Of a stretch of DNA of 64,000 bases, positions 14,101-26,178 are shown piece by piece. Source of the DNA: Bugula neritina (Eukaryota; Animalia; Bryozoa). Numbering within the stretch: the stretch's first letter is position 1; each line of letters begins with the position of its first letter. The stretch is from positions 6,915,190 to 6,979,189 of the forward strand of contig OZ037771.1 in NCBI GenBank assembly GCA_964035545.1. Direction: 5' to 3'. A model generated the notes under the pieces. It ran no database searches. It saw only the letters and a program-made list of their open reading frames with translations, and was not told the DNA's origin. Position numbers and translations under genes: made by a program.

Positions 14101-15142
14101 GTTGTTGAATAGTTTTCAGAACAGGCTGCAGATATACATGTATACTTTTACAATTTGGAGTTGCATTTCTACAACCAAATTAAAAATGTGTTACATATAA
14201 CTATAATGATTCCCTTTGGCTTTGCTGAATAAATTTTCTAATTGAATTGTGTATGTCTATTGTTTCAGTTGTGTTTTACTTGTGAGCCAATACTAAATTA
14301 TAAGAACGCTCACCCCTAGACAGCTTCCAGTGCTGCTGGTAGATAACCTTGAGCCTTAACTACATAAAGATTAATAAAGAAAAGTTGTTGATTGAAAACT
14401 CATTTGTTTGCCAACTCTAATATGGTCAACAATGTTAGTGCTGTATTATATTAACTTCTCTCAATTTTGATGTTCATCGTTTACATCTCAAGTTGAATAA
14501 TAAATAAATAAATGTTGTGTTCACTTATTTCATCAATCACATCACAAAGCTTATTACTAGATTTTAATTTTAGTTAATGCCCTTAGTTAATACCCCTTGC
14601 TTTTGTCTATATACATGCCACACACAACATATTTCTTGTTCACTACTTGCCATCAGATTCAATTTTGTAACACAAACCTGGATGTTAATCAGTAACATCA
14701 TTTTTCACGCTGTAAGTTCTCTATATATTATGCTATATTTGAGATGATGTCACTTGTTATAGTCCATGACGTTCAGGACCACCAGCCGGGCTCTGGCTAA
14801 CAAATTATGGTGGAGGAATGTCAAGATCACAGTAGCCATAATTATCGTTTGTCTGGTGAGTTTTTGTGTGTTTTTATTCGCTCCTTTTTGTTTGTAGAAA
14901 TGAATTGATAATGTTTAGGAGCTATTTTTAGATACTAAAACTATTTTTGCAATTACTTTAAAGTAAAATCATTGCTGTGTGTTTACTAAATTTACATCTC
15001 ATGCTAATGGTTCCAATTTCTGTATTTTTTACTTATCTGCATTATAATTCACCATCAACTTGTGTTGCAGATCATTTTATTCTTTGTGGTTTCTGCTGGC
15101 TGCAAGACGTTTGACTGGAGCAAATGTGGAAATAAAAACTGA
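11127..15142 (+). CDS. VAMP7: Vesicle-associated membrane protein 7 (longin R-SNARE)
   Basis: Exons 11127-11272, 11669-11726, 12309-12358, 12852-12939, 13546-13630, 14019-14086, 14763-14855, 15071-15142. Longin domain (GNFLEVTEQVL, YLFHY, LCITDDDFERSKAFAFL, ALPYAMNTEFSR), SNARE motif (ELKGIMVKNI..RGEKLELLIDKTEDL), WWRNVK and a C-terminal TM helix. Confidence 0.96.
13662..13985. repeat. 24-bp minisatellite, about 13 copies, in VAMP7 intron 5
   Basis: Unit GTAGTATAGATATAATACTGTATA. Confidence 0.95.
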
Positions 15143-15803
15143 TCTAAGGCCAATTGTATCCTTGCCTATGTTTTGTGAAGTAGGCAATGCTTCGTGTTAC
15201 AAGGCAGTTTACTGTCGCTATGCACTCTACTCAATAATTATGATGTATCCGCTGTATATTTAAGGGTGTTGTGCAACATATATACAAATCATATATTATT
15301 TAAACATAGATGTTTTCAATTACAATTTTGTATATCTATTGGAGTGATTTGAACTGCTTTTTATAGCTTTAAGTATGGGTAATGCACATTTATTTTTAAA
15401 TAGATGTCTATTTTAAGAGCTAGTAACAATGGCATTACCTCAAGTGGTTGATGAATCAAGATGAGTGTATTTCTGTAAGCATATTATACAAATGCATTAC
15501 GGGTGCATCAGGTTATCTCAAATCTTGTAATTTAAACTACTCATTGCTCTGTGGCTGTATAAATGTATTTTTATAATTTTGTTAATTATCAAATTATAAT
15601 TTATTTAAAGTGAAATATAAGTAAAACTGTATAACAGAAAAAAGAAATCCAAATTTTATTATTTCTCCCACCAGAACAAAAAAAAGCAATTGTCTCAGAT
15701 TTTGAATGTCTATAACGACATTTCCGTTTTTAAAGTTTGCATCTGTGTGTAAGTTAGTTGCAATAACTTTTTAAAGGGATCAAATATCTGTAAGTTAGTA
15801 GAA

Positions 15804-15996
15804 GTATCAACAGGTGCACTCATCAGTTATGTAGAGTATCAACAGGTGCAGTCATCAGTTATGTAAGGCATCAACAGGTGCACTCATCATTTATGTAGAG
15901 TATCAACAGGTGCAGTCATCAGTTATGTAAGGCATCAACAAGTGCACTCATCATTTATGTAGAGTATCAACAGGTGCAGTCATCAGTTATGTAAGG
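15804..15996. repeat. 32-bp tandem repeat x6 overlapping the GDE1 copy A stop codon
   Basis: Units start at 15804, 15836, 15868, 15900, 15932, 15964; consensus GTATCAACAGGTGCAGTCATCAGTTATGTAAG. Confidence 0.95.
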
Positions 15997-18787
15997 TATA
16001 TTAAAAGATCTGAGGTAGGCCTTGGTACTTTCATCATTCACAGTCCAAACAATGACGTCTAAATTTCTCTGTTTCCAGTATTTTATCTCTGCGGGACTTA
16101 TGAGATCTTTGTGAATGAAGACAGCATTGGCACCACAGACATACCTAACAGCAACAATCAAGTACTGATCAAAAAATAATACAAATTCTGAAAACTCGTA
16201 TGCGATCCTCCCCTTCTATATACTTGATGGTATTACCAGACCAGTTAGCATTGAAGTAACAAAAGCTTAATATATACCATTCAATTTGGGCAATGGCTTC
16301 AAATTTCTTTTAAAAAGTATTTTTACTAATATTCCTAATTAAAATGATACAAGTATTCAAAAATTTTCTTAAAACGCTGAGTGTATTTAAAAAAAATTTT
16401 AATGCCTGCATACTGAATCATGCAGACTGATTTTCAAACATTAATTTGGCAATGGAGCCTGTAAAGCTTGAAAGGAGTTTCTTATAGAACTACAGTGAGC
16501 TTACAACTTCAATACTGCATCTAAAATACAATGAATACAACAGTAAATGAATACTGTCTTATTAGGAAGACTGTCAATGTTATGTTGATAAAGTACCTAT
16601 CTTTAGGTTAATCTGTTTCAATCACGTGTACAGACCCTTGTAAGGAAATAGCAATGCTATACAGTATGCCATTCAAGGTTAGTTGCTTACCACAAAAAGT
16701 TATATATTGATGAAAAAAGCGCTACATCAGCAGGCGGGGCTAGAACTCTCTTCCAAAGCTCTTTGTTACGAGGAGGTCCGTTTTCTGTTTTGTCTCGGAG
16801 TATCCATTGTCTTCAAATTTATAAGAAGCACATTCATGACCTATTTATTATAGATGGCTGCAACATAGTTATTGATTGAAATCTCAATAAACCCTACAGG
16901 AAATTGGTTTGCTGTACATTTTCCGATGTGTAACCTTACAAGCTTTGGCACATATCGTTCTCTTGTATTCTAGATATGTGGCTGATTCCATCTACACAAA
17001 GTTGTGTACATTAAAAATTAATTTAAAATGCAAGAAAAGACATAAATCTAATAAATATAATTTGAAGTAGCATTAAGCCCTACATGATGCATTCATTGTA
17101 TAATTTTTTTCTTCTATATAATTTCTGAACGCAAAACTTTGGGTGGCGCAGATTTACAAAAAGTGCAGGGTGATAAAATGCCTTGAAATCTTAGTTATTT
17201 ATTGTTACGACAAAAATAAAGTTGCAACATTAACTAAATTAGAATCATAAATTTGTTAGCTGTTTAAATCGTGATACTAATGTCTAATCTAATGAACACT
17301 ATAACACTATAACATTACTTTGGAAAGCAATGGAGAATAAATTAAATATTATGTATGGTATATATAAATCATTTATAGACTCTAACCTAAAGGTTAGTAT
17401 GGTTGAAAACTGCGGGAGGTACCACTTGACAGCCAACAAAGTTTGAGGATAGAAGGAGCATACTACAGCCCATTCATGCAGATCAGGAAACTCTTTAAGC
17501 ATGTCTTTCAGCACTTTTGCCATAACTATTGGCTTTGACCCTTTCATATCCAAAAACACCTTTAGTCCTGCATAATAAAGCATTAAAATTCTGCCGTATT
17601 AATCTATATTGAAAAAAGTTTATATTATATAGACGACAAAAATTTATTTTTAATTACAAAAAATATTAAAAAACTAAACAATATTAAAAAATTAAAATAT
17701 AGAGCAGTGTATATTAAGTTAGTGCATGGCATGAAATATCTTAAAATAAATGAATTATTTTCTATGGTCAGTACATTGCTACCCCCAAAGAAATAACATT
17801 ACAAATGTTGTATAATAATCATAATATGGTTATTGCATTATCTAGCCAGTCAACTAAAGATTCTAATTCCAATTAAATTGGCATATACCATGTTTTTTGC
17901 ATTCTCTCAGCATTTCCTTAAGATGTGGAATACGCTCTTTAGGAAAATTCCCAGGTCCAGTATACTTAATCGACGCATCAATGTGTTTAGTTTGCTCCCA
18001 GGTCAAGGACTCAACTTCCCCTTCAAAGAACGACACATCCTCCTATGAACTCCAGGCTATGTTTATAATATTATGCAATGATTACTGTTTTTGAATAATA
18101 GTCACTGTTAAAACATGTAGAAACCAATGCTACAAGTCAACTAAACATGCCACTATATCTGATATTCAGGAAAATGGATTGAGCATTTTTTTCTGGTTTA
18201 CATACCAAAGACTAGAATACATGTATATGCACAACAGCTCTATTTATCAACTATTGCCTTTTAAATTGCCTTACATATAATCAAGGCCTGTTTAAAGACA
18301 CAGCCTACCTGTCACATTAGTTGTGCGATCAAAGGTTGAGTCATGAAATACAATTGGCTCGTCATCACCAGTCAATATAATGTCAAACTCAATGGCATTT
18401 ACTCCGAGTTTGTGAGCTTCTCTTACACCTAAGATAAGTCAAATGTATGAATGTAACTTAGTATTGCTATAAATTACATAGTATTGAGGTAAGAATTTTG
18501 GGAAACATTAGAGAAACATCAACAAATTGCATATTAAAGTTATATTAGTCATGAAATAATTTACTTGCTAAAGTATTTTCTGGAGCATTCAGGGCGCATC
18601 CTTTGTGACCAACTATAGATAAATCCGAGTAGAGCTTTTTCCACACAGCATCATCTGATTTCCTACCCCTCAATAGCTCAGCTGCACCAAACAAAATGGA
18701 GGCTAAGAGAACAGAGGTGTAAGTTCCGAAAAAGAGCCTGCAGACTAACAACACACAGACCCAAAATGGAAGTATAGACTCGAACAT
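15967..18787 (-). CDS. GDE1: Glycerophosphodiester phosphodiesterase 1-like, tandem copy A
   Basis: Exons 18787(ATG; acceptor before 18811)-18565, 18428-18309, 18020-17889, 17567-17387, 16810-16691, 16144-15967. N-terminal hydrophobic segment, GHKG..APENTL, IEFD, FHD..DRTT, ERIPHL, FLDMK, VCSFYP, WTVN, YITD. Confidence 0.9.
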
Positions 18788-19571
18788 AGTTCTTGTGATT
18801 CCGCGGCACACCTAAAATATTAAAACAATTTTGAGCTTCCTTACAATGTTTGGTATGTTGTCTTTCTGTGAAATTTCATGCTAGATGTTTTAGCTATAAC
18901 TCCTAGTGTAAATAAATTATTTGAAAAATGATGGGAAAATTGGCAGTGGCTAATACTGCAGCAGGCCTTAATAAAGCCTCAGTTGTGTAACCATTACAAT
19001 GTCTGATGTCATAAAACATCTCTGCTCTTTTTAAAAATTTATCTTATCCACATTTGGGTAATCTACTGCAATTCTTGTTTTAGGGGTTACACCTTCATCA
19101 AATGAACGGTAAAGCATGCAGGTGAACAGCCTGTTGCTCCTTTTTTCAAGTAATTTGAAAAGCTACTAATGAGGCTGTCAGAAAAGATGCATTGACACTG
19201 AAATAAAATACAGTACTTAAGTTTAAAAATCAACAATTTCACCAAAAAAATAATAAAGAAAATAGTTTATGATAAGCTTCATAAAGTTTATTTCTTATAA
19301 AGCATATTGCAATATAAAACCAAAGTTTGAGAGATCTAAGAGCTTTATCATGTAAAACAATATTCTATTAAAGCAAAAAATCGGATAATAATGACCAATG
19401 GGTTGAAAAAGGTAATGGTTACCAAGACTTTGTAATATATATGTAAAGGTATACAAATAAATTCTTTGGCAAATATTTGCTCTTAAGGAAAGCAATCACA
19501 GAAATATAATTATAAAAAAATAGGTCAATTTTAAATCTATAGATTGTATCAGATGGTGCTGCATTTTGGAT

Positions 19572-21467
19572 TTAGTTGGAGCAGTCATCAGTAATGTAAG
19601 GGATGTCTAGTGATTTCAAGTAGGCTTTCATGCCATGGCTATTGACAGTGTATACAAATACATCTTGACTTCTCGCTTTCCAAAAGTTTACCTCCGGTGC
19701 AATCGCTACTTCTTTATCAAAAAACACTGCATTTGTTCCACAAATACGCCTAAAATACCACCAACTGCTAATTACCAACCATAAATTACATTTACAAGCT
19801 GTAAAGCAACTCTGCCAATGAATTTTGTCTTTAAAATTTTCAAAATAGACACTACACAAAAACTATTTAAGTTCTTTTGAACAGAAAGCTGACGATTCCA
19901 CTGAAACTTGCGCTAATTTTGTATTGAACAAATTTAAAATGGAGCAACTTCAAATGTACTAACTTTCAACATTATTATAAGCTTAGAACAATCTAGATTG
20001 CTATACATAATGTAGTAACAGTTTCTGACTCACCACCAAACAAAATATACAAGAACTTCAAGCAGAAGATCTAAGGGAAGGCATATTTTTTTGAAAATGT
20101 TATTGAAAGGGATATAAACATAGTCTCCAATATGTGTTAGCACCCTTGATCTACAATATAATTTACACAAATATATGATAAAAAGCTTTAACACTAGAAA
20201 AACAAAATAACGTTGATAAAATATAATTCATATTTTGAAGAAAACTAATTTATGCAAAATCTAAATCTTTGCTATATAAATAACTCCAGCGTGAAGAAAG
20301 TTTTGAAATCTCAAGCACACCCTGTGCCCCATCTGAATAAATCCTTAGCCCGATTTAAAAAAACCTTTCCATCAGGGGTTTCTAACAGTGATGGCAACTA
20401 TAAACTTGCGTGAGTTTTTATTAAATGTATACACGAACGGCTCATATGTTAAATAATTGTACATTTTGGAGGCACACCTATATATTAATATCGAAGACAT
20501 CTGAGGCAAGTACCATTTCACAGCAAAAAGATTATGTGGGAAAAATGAGCAAACAGCAACCCATTCATGCAAATTTGGAAACTCTCGAGACATCTGGAGC
20601 AGAACTTTAGCTGTTAAAATTGGTGCTGTGGCTCCTTTCAAGTCAATAAATGCCTTCAATCCTAAAAACAAAAAATATTAAATGTCAATAAGAATGATGG
20701 CTAAGGTATATTAATATAAAAGACCTAGTGACTAAATATTTGTTTAAACTTCAAGCTTACCAAGTCTCTTGCACTCTTTCAGCATATCCCTGAGGTGAGG
20801 AACTTTTTGCTCAGAGTAGTTTCCTGGTCCAGTGTATTTGCATGAGGCATTCAGCTGTTGGATCTCTTTCCAAGTCAAACTTTTTATTGGCCCTAGAAAG
20901 CCAAAAATAATAAATTAATCTTTGAACTGTTTCTCTATATAATACACTTTTTACTATGTTAAAAATGGGCAATCAGCTTTTCACACCCAAGTTCCTACCT
21001 TTACCATCAGTAGTCCGATCAAAGACAAGGTCATGAAATATAATGGGTTCATTGTCTGAGCTGAATGACAAATCAAATTCAACAGCATTGACACCGAGTC
21101 TGTTAGCTTCTTGAACACCTACGCAATTATAGCTTAGTTTAATCATGCAAGATGCAGAATGTGATTTAGAGACAATTTGGATACAAATCTGTTCAAAATA
21201 CAAAACATAAAAACAAGTGAAGAATGTAAGCTTACTTGCTAGAGTGTTTTCTGGTGCATTGAGAGAGCATCCTCTATGACCTATAACTTGGATATCACTA
21301 GAAAATTTGTGCCATGTAGAATCATCAACTTTTTTTCTTTTCAAAAATTCAACAGATATAACCATGGCTGCTGCGACTAGCATTTCGTCAGGGTATCCAA
21401 AAAAACTCCAGCTAACTGACACAACTACCCAAAAAAAGATCATCGCATAACGAGGCCGATATTCCAT
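19572..21467 (-). CDS. GDE1: Glycerophosphodiester phosphodiesterase 1-like, tandem copy B
   Basis: Exons 21467-21236, 21118-20999, 20892-20761, 20661-20478, 20150-20034, 19749-19572, with the same intron phases as copy A. GHRG..APENTL, VEFD, FHD..DRTTDG, FIDLK, VCSFFP, YTVN, YITD. Confidence 0.9.
20320..20420 (+). mobile_element. 5'-truncated copy of the tRNA-derived SINE
   Basis: CCTGTGCCCCATCTGAATAAATCCTTAGCCCG...ACTATAAACTTGCGTGAGTTTTT matches the 3' half of the copies at 35242 and 54081. Confidence 0.85.
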
Positions 21468-22829
21468 CCTAGATTAAAATTTTGATTGAAAAAATGAATG
21501 AACTATTATGACAAAATCTGAATGAACATAATTTTGTGATGGGCGCCATCAAAAACTGCCTGAAAAGCTCAGTGAAAACTATCAACATGCTTTAATATAG
21601 TCAAGTGACAAATTGTTGGTATTTAAATAGTTTTATACTAAAACTGTAATCATAAAAAATAAAAGTTTAAAACGCAATAGCCACAATCAATAAACAGATG
21701 TATATGAGAGCAATTGCAGAAAAAGCAATAAGAATCCATGCCATGTATACAATTTATAATGCAAAAACTGCTCTAGCGATGTAGCAAGTCACGATCTTCT
21801 GATTTAAAAGCTTGAAATTTTAAAACACTATAAAAAAAATTTTACGCATTGAAATACTAAACGTGAGACAAGCTAAAAATAGTCTTGCTTACATGTAGCA
21901 TTGAGAGCAGAGCATTTTAAGCAATAGTTTGCTAAAACTTGCTATTGTCCAAATTTCTAATGCAATTTTTGCTTAAAGCGTCAATTTTTGTTTGAAAAAT
22001 TGAAAATCTTTGCCTTTTTAAGTATTTCTAGTGTCAAACAATAAGATTCTAAAGTGAAAGTTAAATATTGACCAGCTAAAATAGCATACCATTCAGTCAC
22101 AAACCTGTGACTCATAAGAACAGATAGGTACTTGGAAATATAATGTGGAAAGAAAAACTGTTGCAACATAACATTATTTGTAGTATCCTGTGTTTTAAGT
22201 TCACCTAAAATACTTATGAACTCTAAAGCTAGAGGTGCCATACTGACATATTATGTCTTCATGCTTTGACGAATCTTATGCAAATTGATATTTCCTTCAA
22301 GCAGCTGTAGTCACTACTGACTACAGCTGCTGCTACTGGTAATAGTAGACAAAGTAATAGTGCTACTAGTTACTACTACTTGCAAGCTAACATGCTAACT
22401 ATAAAAGCTACTGAGAAATCTCAGCACAAGATTTTACCTAGTTCTCCACTGGCCCCTATTACTAGTACTGCTACTACTCTGTCAGTTCAAGCTCTACCAG
22501 CTCCTCAAGTCTGCAAGATTAAGAGTAGTATCACACCACACTCAGTGCAAAAATAGCTTGCAAAACAACTGCCTACACTGGGAAACTAATCTTCTAACTT
22601 GCCAGCTAGTGCGCTAACCATTAAACCGTAGAGAGTACTGGGGAACATCGCACTACTACTTGTACTACCACTTCTGCTGCTATAATTAGTACTAATGCTA
22701 CTATTATTACTAGTGCTAGTGGTGTTACTACCACTACTCTGACTACTGCTACCACTACTACTACTACTGCTACTATTAATACTAGTACAACTACTAGTAC
22801 TAGTGACTATCACTATGATACTCATTTAC

Positions 22830-23680
22830 TCTTACGTTCAGATTATCTCATATCTGCAATGCCCAATCAGAGGACCAGTACTTGTAAGACTAAGAGTGGG
22901 AGTATGACTATGAGTAATGCCAATGGTAATTGTAACTGTAAGTGCAACTCACAATCAGACTAAACATTGTCAGACCCCGACAGAATGAGAATGAGTTCTC
23001 TAAAAAGTCAAATTGAAATTGAAACGTAACTGAAACTTGAAGTTGAACGAAGTTCGAATTCTGGTTTTGACATTGAAAAACTAAAAAGTATACTGATAGT
23101 GATACTAAAAATGAAAGCTAAGCTAAAAGTAAAAATAAAACTAAAAGCAAATAACTAAATCAAAATGAAATGCGAAAGTAATACTAATATAGATTCAATT
23201 TGAATTTCATCATAATTTAAATTTTCCACTGACAATCACTGAATCAGCCTCCCTTTCACTAACTTAAACTTAAACTTAATCATAATCATAGTGAAATGAT
23301 AATGTCTAATAACTCTAAGAGAGTAAGACAAATCATCTAATGGCTTCATTATAATTCACTGGAGCTGTTATCTGCAGGTGTATAACTTAAACTATAGTGG
23401 CCGTCTTTTGCTTTTGCAGCATGCATAGTCAGTGTCACCGTAAGGCGTAATAATTATAATAAGCAGTTGCAAAGTTACTTTATTTATAGTGAACTTTAAC
23501 CCTTTGGATCACGCTGGTTTGTTAGAATCGGGAAAAAATGAATATGAATGCAGGTTTTACAATATGAGGCTTATCTTCTCACGATCACTAAGTCAAGTTT
23601 GCTAGGCCTAGAGAACCTTTATTACACTTCCGATCTTAATTTTGCACACCAATAGGTTGGTTCATTTTGGGCTCATTGCC
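22830..23680. promoter_or_regulatory. Probable divergent promoter region GDE1/Nck
   Basis: Head-to-head genes; CCAATCAG at about 22863; outward-facing donors near 22834 (- strand, AAC|GTAAGA) and 23440 (+ strand, ACC|GTAAGG). Inferred. Confidence 0.4.
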
Positions 23681-25426
23681 CAAGATTAAATTCATACTCA
23701 TATTCATAGTTATACGCATACTCATAGTGATAGTCACAGTGGTAGTAATTTTAAATTTTATCAATTAAAGTGAGAGTCATGGCTCTAACTCAATATGCAA
23801 ATGAAATTGAAAAATACAGCCTTTTTTATTTTTTGAGTCATTCAATTTCATATTCATATTCATATTGATATTCAATATTCATATGATTATGATATTGAAT
23901 TTCAATTTGATATTCATTTCATCAGTATGATTATATTAGTATTTATTTGCCCTCACTCTCCAACCCTCGTCTTTAAACTCTAATTTGAAGCTTAAGATTT
24001 TATTTTGATTATATTTATTGTAATTTAATTTAATATTATAATATTAATTATAGCAATAGCTAACGTTATTAATATTTATATTATTATTAATATTTAATTT
24101 TATAATTATGTTATCATTTTTTAATATAATGTTGAACTTAATGTTATAATTTGAATTTCTTTTAATTTCTGTCAGTATAACTTCAAGTTAACTATAAGTA
24201 TAAGTATAACTAATAGTAATAGTGATACTATAACTATTACTATTAGTATTACTATTAATATTAATAAGAATATTATGCTTACAAGTTTTAGAGCAATAAC
24301 TGCAAGAACGCAAATCTTCCTTACTATTACTGTATTAGTGTACTCTGTACCTATCTTATTGCCTATTACTATTAGTATTAGTATTACTATTAGTGTCACT
24401 GATATTTAAAGTTAACAAAATTAGTAATACTAATAGCAATACTAATTGTATTAGCCTGTAACTGGGATAGAAATTATATTCATTAGACTTGGTATTAAGT
24501 GTAACTACAACATTAAGATTAAATATTTATATTAGTATTACTCTTACTCTTAATATTGGTATTACTATTGCATTTAGATTTACTATTAGTATATGTGCTA
24601 CTATTAATATTAGTGATATTCTCGTGTCTGCCTAAAAAGAAAAATTAAGGTCTCCACGACCATACAGTAAGGGTGACCTGTGATAACAGCTGAGCCGGAT
24701 GACAAGGGTTTTTAAGTGGGCTAAGGCCGTGAACTGTGCATCTTGGTCTTGCTATCACATTTACTAGGAACTTATGCCTACTAATGCCGAATCTGGTAGA
24801 GTGCTCTGTAATTCTATCAGTATCACCATGACTGTATGAATATCAGCAATTGTACTACTTAATCGGGCAGTTAAAGTCAGAAAATGTTATTGCATAATGA
24901 CTTTAGACAGTTGGTATAACTGCTAGTGTTACATCAGACTCAGTACATCAATATACAGTTGTACTGTTAAATAATTGATATCACTATGCATATAATTAGC
25001 TGCCAATCATATAAATAGTTCATTGTAAATTGTAGTTATGGTGTGATTTTTCATAAGATGAAATCAACTTTTAAATTTCTTATGAAAAATTAAGCAGTTT
25101 AGGGGTGTGTGGGGCATAATTTAAATGTAATTACTACATGTGTACTAGTTATATTTTTTACTTGGAATAAAGCAAAAAGCATTATAATGAATATAATTTA
25201 ATGTAAAAAATCTCAAGTTACCACTAGTATGTATGTAAATAACTATCTTAATTGCAATTTGTTTTTAGATATTTTTCCATTCTTAGTACAGTATATTGTT
25301 TGGCTTTAGTAAGATTTTAGATAATCACAGTGATTAAAATTAGTAATATATGTTTTAATTCTGCATGCAGTTTCAGCTATTTTTGTCACACACTTTTGTG
25401 CGACTTAGCAGGATTAGTAGTATATT

Positions 25427-26178
25427 CACGGGCTTTCCATGTACCGATCTGAGCACATTTCTCAGATCGATCGTTTTTCCATGAGAGTGTCAGATCGATC
25501 TCGCGAAGTTGCCTCCTCTTAAGTGAAGGATACTTTAAAAGTATAATTTGTTCACCTGTTTGAGTGATTAAAGCTACTACTGTTGAGAACAAGACGGTAG
25601 TCGTCTAAAATTTAATCCCAGCTATAAACTATACGCAGCAAAGCTTTCAGTGTATGGTAATTTGGCCAATTTAAAATAATTGATTTTAATTTTTTAGCTT
25701 GACAGCTTATATAAAATTAATGGCTGTCTTGCAGATTATTAATAAACTTATAGGACTGTTAGGCTTAAAATTACAAAGAAAATAGCTAATGAAACTAAGT
25801 TTTGATAGTCATTTAAATTCAATTTAAATTTTTCGGTTTTTTTTTACCTTCTACTGCATATAATTGAGTTTTCTTAATCATTGTACTGAAAGTCAAAGTC
25901 TTGGCATCTGAAAAGGTGGCTATCATAATCATTTAATACTTTGCTTAGTAATTATCAACAAGTTATCATTTTTATTAGCAGACAACATTGTAGCGCGCAG
26001 TCTTTTTCTCCTTCTCAGATCGATCTGGTGTCTTTCCATGGTCTTATTGACATGAGATCGATCTGAGTTCGAGCTCTACAGACCGACCAGCTCAGATCGA
26101 CTGAGATCGATCTTTTGCGTCTTTCCATGGATCGATCTCAGTGAGATCGATCTGAGATCGGTACATGGAAAGCCGGTG
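25427..26178. mobile_element. Non-autonomous DNA transposon (MITE) with CAC termini, 3-bp TSD and GATCGATC subterminal repeats
   Basis: Left end CACGGGCTTTCCATGTACCGATCT, right end AGATCGGTACATGGAAAGCCGGTG (24-bp TIR, 1 mismatch); ATT flanks both ends (25424-25426, 26179-26181). Confidence 0.85.

Noticed and set aside
15155-15164. GTATCCTT as a U12-type donor
   Set aside because: Lies in the VAMP7 3' UTR with no evident U12 branch site; all reconstructed coding introns are ordinary GT-AG.
15955-15975. Cys-TGA end of GDE1 copy A as a Cys-Sec motif or a CXC prenylation signal
   Set aside because: The stop aligns with the paralog's TAA, no SECIS could be identified, and CXC prenylation requires a Rab fold.
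21700-21980. Degenerate inverted repeat (also AGGCACA/TGTGCCT at 33503-33661)
   Set aside because: Too decayed or too short to define TIRs or TSDs by eye.
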